This document shows positions 22,736 through 32,000 of a stretch of DNA of 32,000 nt, in pieces. The stretch's first letter is position 1. The number at the start of each line of letters is the position of its first letter. This stretch comes from Wallemia ichthyophaga EXF-994. Taxonomy: Eukaryota > Fungi > Basidiomycota. The notes below the pieces were generated by a model that saw only the letters and a program-made list of their open reading frames with translations, was not told the origin of the DNA and made no database searches. Position numbers and translations under genes: made by a program. The DNA lies in the NCBI RefSeq assembly GCF_000400465.1, contig NW_008806275.1, positions 339,656 to 371,655 of the forward strand, given 5' to 3'.

Positions 22736-25236
22736 ATGTCAAATACGTCTAATCTACAACGGTTGAATAACAAGACTATTAGGCTTACTGGTGAGCGATA
22801 CTGTATACTCACGTTACTCACGTTACTCACGCTTCCCTCACTCCACAGTCGTCGCAGCCGATGGCGTTGTCAAGAGAGACGTCTTCAAGCTCCCTGATCC
22901 ATTCGCAGTGATCACCGTCGATGGCTCACAAACACATACAACTTCAGTTATCAAGAAAACTCTCAACCCGTACTGGAATGAGAGTTTCGATATTCAAGTC
23001 AAAGACTCCTCAGTTATCGCTGTACAGGTATTCGACCAAAGAAAGTTTAAACGTCGCGACCAAGGCTTTCTAGGCGTTATTAATTTAAAAGTTACGGATG
23101 TTTTGGACCTTGATATCGGTGGAACTGAAATGAGAACTTTTGAATTGAAAAAGTCAAATGATAACCTAATCGTTCATGGAAAGCTTATTCTTTACTTGAG
23201 CTCAAACGTTTCAAACCCTATACCCCCTGCAAATATCAATAGCACTAACAACTCTACCAACAATACAAATACTTCAGGTACTTCTACTCCTCCAACTTCT
23301 ACTAACCCCCCTCCTATCAATTCCTCCAACTCTGCTACTTCTCTTGCAGGTCCTTCAAACAATCTCGATTCTTCTCTTCCAACTCACTCTCAAGCTACTT
23401 CTCCCGTTGATCCTTCAAGGCAATTACCTCCAAACATTTCCTCAAACGTTGGTAGACAATTCGATCCGCATGAGGATCAATATGGCTCTTTACCCTCCGG
23501 TTGGGAACGTAGAACTGATCACTTAGGTAGAACTTATTACGTCGATCATAATACTAGAACCACCACTTGGAATAGGCCTAATAATCTCTCTACGTCTGTA
23601 AATAATCAATCTGCTGAGCGCAGAGCTATGGATTCAAGGGCTCTACCTGACGACGTTTTAAATGCTACCAGTAGACCTGCTCCTTCAAATTCTAATCTAG
23701 CTGCTATGCTTAACAATGGCCCTTCAAATACTCAATCTGGCCAAGGTCCTCTACCTGCTGGTTGGGAGCAACGTTTCACAGCTGAAGGTAGACCTTACTT
23801 CGTTGATCATAACACAAGAACTACTACTTGGGTTGATCCAAGACGCCAACAATTACTAAGAGTTCTAGGTCCAAATGGTAATAATCTCTCTGTACAACAG
23901 CATACTGTTTCTCAACTTGGCCCTCTACCATCTGGTTGGGAAATGAGGTTAACTTCAACTGCTAGAGTTTATTTCGTTGATCACAATACTAAAACTACTA
24001 CCTGGGATGACCCAAGGTTGCCTTCTTCCCTCGATCAAAACGTTCCTCAATACAAACGTGATTTCAGAAGAAAATTAATTTACTTTAGATCGCAACCTGC
24101 ACTTAGGCCAATTCCAAATCAATGTCACATCAAGGTTAGACGTAATCACATCTTTGAAGATAGTTATGCTGAAATAATGCGTCAAACTCCAAATGATTTG
24201 AAGAAGAGACTTATGATAAAGTTTGAAGGCGAAGATGGTTTAGATTATGGTGGTGTTTCGAGAGAATTCTTCTTCTTACTTTCACATGAGCTCTTCTCTC
24301 CATTATATTGCTTATTTGAGTACAGTGCTCATGACAATTATACTCTACAGATTAATCCAAACTCTTCAATTAATCCTGAGCATCTCAATTACTTTAAATT
24401 CATTGGTCGTTGTGTTGGTTTAGCTATCTTCCATAGAAGGTTTTTAGATGCTTACTTTATCACATCATTATATAAGATGATTTTGAACAAACGTATCGGA
24501 TTACAGGATTTGGAATCCGTTGATGCCGAATTACACAGATCAATGTCATGGATACTCGATAATGATATCACTGACATTTTAGATAACAACTTTGTCGCAG
24601 ACGTCGAAACTTTTGGTGAAATTCAATCTGTTCCTCTTAAAGAAGGTGGTGAAGATGTTGAATTAAACGAATCAAATAAGAAAGAATATGTTGATCTCAT
24701 GGTTCAATTCAGAATCGTTACAAGGGTTAAAGATCAATTCGAAGCTTTTATGTCTGGATTCAAAGAGTTAATACCACAAGATTTAATCAATGTTTTCGAT
24801 GAGAGAGAATTAGAATTACTGATTGGTGGTATGGCGGAAATTGATATAGAAGATTGGAAGAAGCATACTGACTACCGTGGTTATACCGAGTCAGATCAGG
24901 TTGTTCAGTGGTTTTGGAATGTCGTGAAAAATTGGCCAACTGAAAAGAAATCTAGATTGTTACAATTCACTACTGGTACTTCAAGAATACCTGTCAATGG
25001 TTTCAAAGATTTACAAGGATCCGATGGTCCTCGTAGATTTACTATTGAAAAGGCTGGTGAAATTAATCATTTACCAAAATCACATACCTGTTTCAATAGA
25101 GTGCGTTTTCTTATTGATTCTCAAATGCGAATTAACCGCTCTGTAGATTGACTTGCCTCCTTATCGGAATTTTGAAGCATTAGATCAAAAGCTAAGTACG
25201 GCTGTTGAAGAAACTCTTGGATTTGCAGTCGAATAG
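22736..25236 (+). CDS. RSP5: NEDD4-family HECT E3 ubiquitin ligase (C2, 3 WW, HECT); introns 22791-22848 and 25101-25146
   Basis: C2 domain ([22 protein letters not shown]). Three WW domains ([24 protein letters not shown]). HECT domain ([30 protein letters not shown]...EETLGFAVE*). The true start is the ATG at 22736 ([18 protein letters not shown]). Confidence 0.97.
22806..22831 (+). repeat. 9-bp tandem repeat (tactcacgt x about 3) inside RSP5 intron 1
   Basis: tactcacgt tactcacgt tactcacg. Confidence 0.85.
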
Positions 25237-28200
25237 ATTATCATAACGTTATAATATCAATGATATTTTATGTCCTTAACGCATCTAAATTACTTTCAAC
25301 TTTCAACTCATATTCTTGTATTCACATTTAAATCATCTATCTCATTGTAACTGGTTTTAGCAAACTCATTGTGCTTCTTAGGGTTACATGACTGCAAAGA
25401 TGGAGATTGACTAGTACACTATTGAGTCAAACATGATAAGAGTATGGCATTAGGCAATCTCTCAAAGTAAAACTGAAATGTTATAAGCAGCTCCATCACG
25501 CGCAAAGCTGAGTAGTTCGGATTATGATTAAAGTGAACGCCAGATGGGTCTGCCATCTCAAAAACCACGCTGGGATCACATCAATCGAGGCGTTCCATGT
25601 GAAGGCAAAACGTCATGAATGTGGACAATTATGTAAAGCAAAGGACTTTTTTGACCACAGCAAAATGCTTCTCTCCTGGCATACGCATGTGTTATTATCG
25701 CATATATTATGCGCACATCATCAAGGCTGTCGCACTAGGTGCTAAGGCGGTCGTTATAAGCAGACCGTTCATCTACGCTTACTCGGCGTATGGAGAGGAA
25801 GGAATGGATCGGGCAATGGAGATAGTGGGCGATGAGTTTGAGACGTGCTTGAGATTGCTCGGCGCTAGGTCACACCGGATATGGTAATTGATCTCATCTC
25901 GGAAGCGCTGATATACCCAAATATTACCTCTTTACTGGAAATTACGAGAGATTGAGTGGATCAAATGGTAAGATGAGCAAGCTGTATGGAATTAATTATA
26001 TTTATACATTATAATTGGTTCATGAGGTCTTGATGACTGCTTCCGATGCTAATGATGTCATATGTATATGGGGATTTTATCCATTTAAAGCGTCCTCAGC
26101 AATCTCAAAATCAGCCAAAATAAACGCAGTATCGAATTGCTTGACTTTCCCTGATACCACCAGTTACAGCCATCTAATAACTGTGCGTACGCAATCAGCC
26201 GCGTAACTAGGAGCGAGGGTAGTCGAGTTTGTGAAACACGAAAAGCAAGCCGCAAGCCAAGTATTTTTCGGTCGCCGCTGCGGTATTTAAGTGGACCACA
26301 CTCTTTTCCTCTTTTCCTTGCGGTAAAACTTCTTGGGGGCCATAGTAAGTCGGGATAATCCTTTCCTTGTAAATAATTTGCGCAACTCCTAGTAAGCTTC
26401 ATCTCACTCGTTCAAAATCTCTCTGACCTTCAACTTAGACGTGGCAGTCCGTTTAAAGTCCACTTCGAGCGATACTCCTGGTATGTTTGCTATCATCACC
26501 AGGTCTATCTAACATCAACTATCAAGGAGAGGCAGTCCGCAGATAAGCGTATCGACAGATATTACAGAATCATCATTATGTTTTGGGATTACCAGGCATC
26601 CTAGCTCCATCATTGTACTACTCATTAATTCAATATTCAATATTGTGCTTTTGGTCTGCAAAGCTAAGTGAACACCACGCAAAGCGATAAGCGAGACATT
26701 TACGTGCACAAGGAAATGAAAATATTTCGAAAATTTCTTTTTACCGTTAAATTATCGCAATTTACGTGTTTGTTATACAACTCAATAACCAAAATGAGCG
26801 ATAAAAAAAGAAAGCAAAGGTGTCAAAAATGGTTGAGCAGAGTTAATTCAGGTCAAATTACGTAAAAACAGGAAAGTGATATACTGAATCACTATCCGAA
26901 GTGCCTGCAAAAGGTTCAGTGAAAAGTGGGCGGGAGAAGAAAGCGTTCTTAGCTAGCTTGTAAGCTTAAGTACATATTAGAAGTATTTCGGTTGCACAGG
27001 CTACCTTAAAAAGTCTTTCCGACGGAAAACCGCTCGCTCATTTCGTCAGCGGCTTTCGGACAACATTAAATCAAATTTCAAGCATTCTTTGCAAATCTGT
27101 CCGAAAGACTTGCTCAAAGAAATGGCCAGAAATGAAAATGTAAAACTTTTAACGTGAACCTCTAGACCAGAAAAGATTGTTTCATAACATGACAAATTAA
27201 GCCTAAAGTTTACTTTAACTTCTGAAAACATTGTACTGGTTCCCAAAAACACGTAGAAATCAATTACGGAAAGTATATTATATGGCAATTATGTTGAAAT
27301 CAAAGAGTCGAAAACGGCTTTCACTTTAGATATTCAATCTGACGGCCAAATGTATCATGTAAAATAATCTGATTACCCGAAGGTCATTAATCTGAAGGTG
27401 AGCTGAAGAGTACCTCGTTTAGACCCCTAATTTTATGCACTTCATGAGGACTTCAACTAATTCAACATGGCAATGGACCAAGTAATCCAAAAAGTGCGTC
27501 AGATCAGTCCGAAAAAAATTATAAGAAAGTGAGTCATAAATATCATTCATTTGGGCTTTTCTCAACATATTAGTATAATGATGCAGGTCCGATCATTGTA
27601 AGATTATTAATACTGAGATGTTTTGGCATGTCGAACTGCAGACGAGTGATCGTCAAAGCTCGCAGACCTACACTGTTACATGGAAGACATAGCCTTCGTC
27701 GAGAAATGTTGAATCATAACAATTTTAAGTTTGACTTTTTTAATTCATTAAGCAAACAGAAATGATCAGAATGAAAACACACATCATTATCACCTCGCAT
27801 GTGGGTACCCAACTATGAAACAACCCATGGATGAAACAATATGTCAGGAAGGTAAATCTCACGTCAAAATGGTTGTTTCAACCGTACCTCAACGGTAAAC
27901 CTTATACAGAACCAACATTTTGGGAACGGTATATGTAACAAGTGGTTGATTAGATTAAAAGAGTACAATGTGTAACGCAAAGCAAATAGGGTAATAAACG
28001 CTTTACAATGTTTCCTGGGATTTCCTGAAATCACGAAAGAAATATTGAAACACAAAACTTAAAAGTTAAATTTGAGGTAGGCATTCGTTGTTTTGAAGTA
28101 GCATTAAAATGGTAAGGGATGGATAGTTGTATTTGCATTGTTAATTCCGATAACGTTTTTATGCATGATAATTTCAGTTCAAGCAGTTATTTAATGATTG

Positions 28201-30453
28201 TAAACCTAACATGCTGTTTACGGGTAAATTAGCCTTTTCTTTACCTCATTTGAAATTGATGATAAGGAATATCTGGATCTTCAAAGAACAGAATTTTAAT
28301 ATGTCGTTTCAGCAGGAACCTTCAATGAAACGATAATACTAACTTTCCTTGAACAGCAACATGTCGTTCCTGTCACGTGTTACAAAATTAGAAATACTGT
28401 CTACGAACGTAATGTTATGGGTAGTCAAAGTTGTGTAAAGTTTGCATTAAAATAAGCAGAAAATACGACCGAAACGGATATCATGTTAGACGAATCATGA
28501 TGATTCCTTCAAGAAATGGTATGACATTGATATGCTAAGATTCACAACATTTATTGATGTAATTGGAGATCAATGTAAGCTACCATCAGATTCTTTATTA
28601 CAATGCAGCGAGACTATTTTTCAAAATGTCACTCTTAGAAACAGATAGTCGATTAGCTAAATTCGGAGAATGGATAAATTAAGATATCTGTTGGCTCTAT
28701 TGATTGTTTCTCTTGCATTGCTGTTCATCTCGAATTTAGAATCTTCGTGGTAATTAAATTTGCTGTAAAATGAAACTTTAAGCATATCTAAATTTAATGT
28801 GGATTATTTATTTGTTGGTTTTCTTAAGAGTCGTACTTTAAATGCTATATTGAAATCTTAAAATACTTGTTTTCGTGAAGATCCTTTTACGCGTGGCTTC
28901 GAAAGAATTGAAACAAACGTTTTATTTATCTACAAAAGTCGTTTTATATCAGTTTTTTGTTTTTTTTGAATGGACTGTTTTGAATTTTAACTTTAAAGTC
29001 GAGTCAATCTGTCAAATTGGAATGTTTTTCAAACAGAACACCCCACCTTTCACTGCCAGGGCTTTTTATGTGTCACATTTCGAATACAATTTCATTAATA
29101 AAGCCGCAGCCTAAAGCTTAGGTTAATATACCTAATTTTCATGCACGGTATCAATGGAAGTATAACTAGCTCTATCTGATAGATCATTCCTATGATTCAC
29201 TTTCTTTTTCAACAGTTTGGGTGTTTTGTACCAACTATACCTTTGTCCCGTTTTTACTAATGCATTTGAATCTGTTTAGCTATATAATTTAACAAAATTT
29301 TGTCTTAATAATGAATACATTTTAAAAAACTCTTTTACTGAAGATTCTGAAATTCTAAACAAATAGGGACATAGACGCTTTATCGAGATGACACAGATGA
29401 ATGTATTAAATAAAGCTTTTTCGCCCACTTTATCTGCGGGATTCAAAACTTATTTAATGCTGTTCTTTCTCAATCGCGGTTTGAGATACTTATGTTTATT
29501 GGTTGTTCAACGTAAAGTTAACAAACTTACCTGAAATTTCAAGTCATCAGCATAGAAACACAAAAACCGAATACTATATTTACTGCCTGTGCGAACTTTC
29601 CGCAAAAGCCAATTACACTGAAACTCACGTTATTATGATGCCTTTCTGTCATTCTTAGTTGTTCAATAAATAATTTACTGGTTTATGTCATTTGCCTTTT
29701 GACAAGTGTCTATATGTACTCAACATACAAGTCAATTAACTCTTGCGGCTTTTCAGGAATTGATCTTGCTTTTCCACTGATTAAATTACAATACAATTGT
29801 TCGAAATCACCAGCGCCATTGACGTTTAAGTTGGTGTTATTTGTTGCACCAAACCTCAGTCTATCATGTGTTGAAAGTTGTTGTGTTCACCGCAGCTTTA
29901 GTTTCCGAATTGGTGACCTGGTTAATAAGAAGCGAGAAATGCGTACAGGTAAAGGCGTTTATGTATATTGGATTCTTCATGACAAAAAATAGTATGTGGA
30001 CAAATATCCCAAGCATACTCTTTTGGGCCTCTTTACTATCTTACAACAGCTTTATACACGAGTTTGGAAACCGGTTTTTTTGTTCCATTTCCGTATGCCC
30101 TTTTTGATCAATACAATCAAGTTTACCATTTAATTTCCGTACTCTTCAGCCCACTTTTTAGATTCCTTACGTCAACTTGATTGAAATGCATTGAACTTTA
30201 TACGTGATGGTTTTCAATAGTGGGATGCAGTGCGGTAATTCGTAGCTCTAAAACATTATTTCTTTGGTGTTAGGGATGCGAAACTAATGCTACACTCTCT
30301 ATGTTCGAAGTATTTGATTACATGTATTGGTTTTATGATATCGTGATGAAGACGATAAGGATTTTAGCGGATTTGTGATTATTTTAATAAATAGCTAAAA
30401 TTACTTCCAACAATGTGCTTAATGTGAAGCAACATTAATTATAAGACATGACT
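25237..30453. other. Gene-poor AT-rich interval (about 5.2 kb), candidate regional centromere
   Basis: No recognisable intact CDS lies between the RSP5 and VPS34 stop codons. Hand counts of G+C are 14/60 (28741-28800) and 13/60 (28921-28980). Other spacers in this window are about 200 bp or less. Confidence 0.45.
25714..25892 (+). pseudogene. Remnant C-terminus of an FMN-dependent alpha-hydroxy acid dehydrogenase (cytochrome b2/glycolate oxidase family)
   Basis: IIKAVALGAKAVVISRPFIYAYSAYGEEGMDRAMEIVGDEFETCLRLLGA matches the family C-terminus. The expected continuation (TPDMV) is in another frame. The DGG.RRG.D motif is not intact, and I found no upstream catalytic-domain exons. Confidence 0.72.

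Positions 30454-32000
<1,547 letters not shown>

Noticed and set aside
22791-22848. ORF-track start of RSP5 at GTG 22791 ([15 protein letters not shown])
   Set aside because: This is intron 1 (gtgagc...ccacag) read through in frame. The real ATG is at 22736.
28372-28474. GTCACGTG (matches budding-yeast CDEI) followed 89 bp later by CCGAAA (CDEIII core), resembling a point centromere
   Set aside because: The spacer is only about 71% AT by hand count, whereas CDEII is over 90%. The TGTTT.TG part of CDEIII is missing, point centromeres are restricted to Saccharomycetaceae, and RTCACGTG also occurs by chance at 3763-3770.
29795-29820. GTTCGAA...CCA resembling a tRNA T-loop and 3' end
   Set aside because: The flanks do not pair into a T-stem, and there is no acceptor stem or D-arm.
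26515-30107. Short ORFs (60-100 aa) listed in the gene-poor interval
   Set aside because: They have no recognisable domains, mostly non-ATG starts, and AT-driven composition, which is consistent with chance.

Overview
Gene-dense fungal nuclear DNA, probably a compact basidiomycete genome such as Wallemia. This is an inference from GT-AG introns of about 45-55 nt, intergenic spacers often under 130 bp, and the protein sequences. I reconstructed 15 intron-containing genes by hand-splicing the ORF track: KEX2 (5' partial), PHS1, GNA1, HYM1/MO25, fRMsr, a NIPA-type Mg transporter, VPS54, a PalI/SUR7-family membrane protein, eIF3c/NIP1, VPS53, a PEX5 with a Pex7-binding motif, an Elongin A-domain gene, MZM1, RSP5 and VPS34 (5' partial). 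There is also a broken FMN-dependent hydroxy-acid dehydrogenase remnant. The most notable observations are: (1) a 5.2-kb AT-rich gap with no intact gene recognised between RSP5 and VPS34, a candidate regional centromere; (2) a bacterial-style ATGA stop/start overlap between MZM1 and the Elongin A gene; (3) a GNA1 whose last exon adds a peroxisomal -SKL signal that intron retention would remove; (4) two GARP subunits about 5 kb apart among other endosome/Golgi trafficking genes. All gene names come from motif recognition, not database searches.
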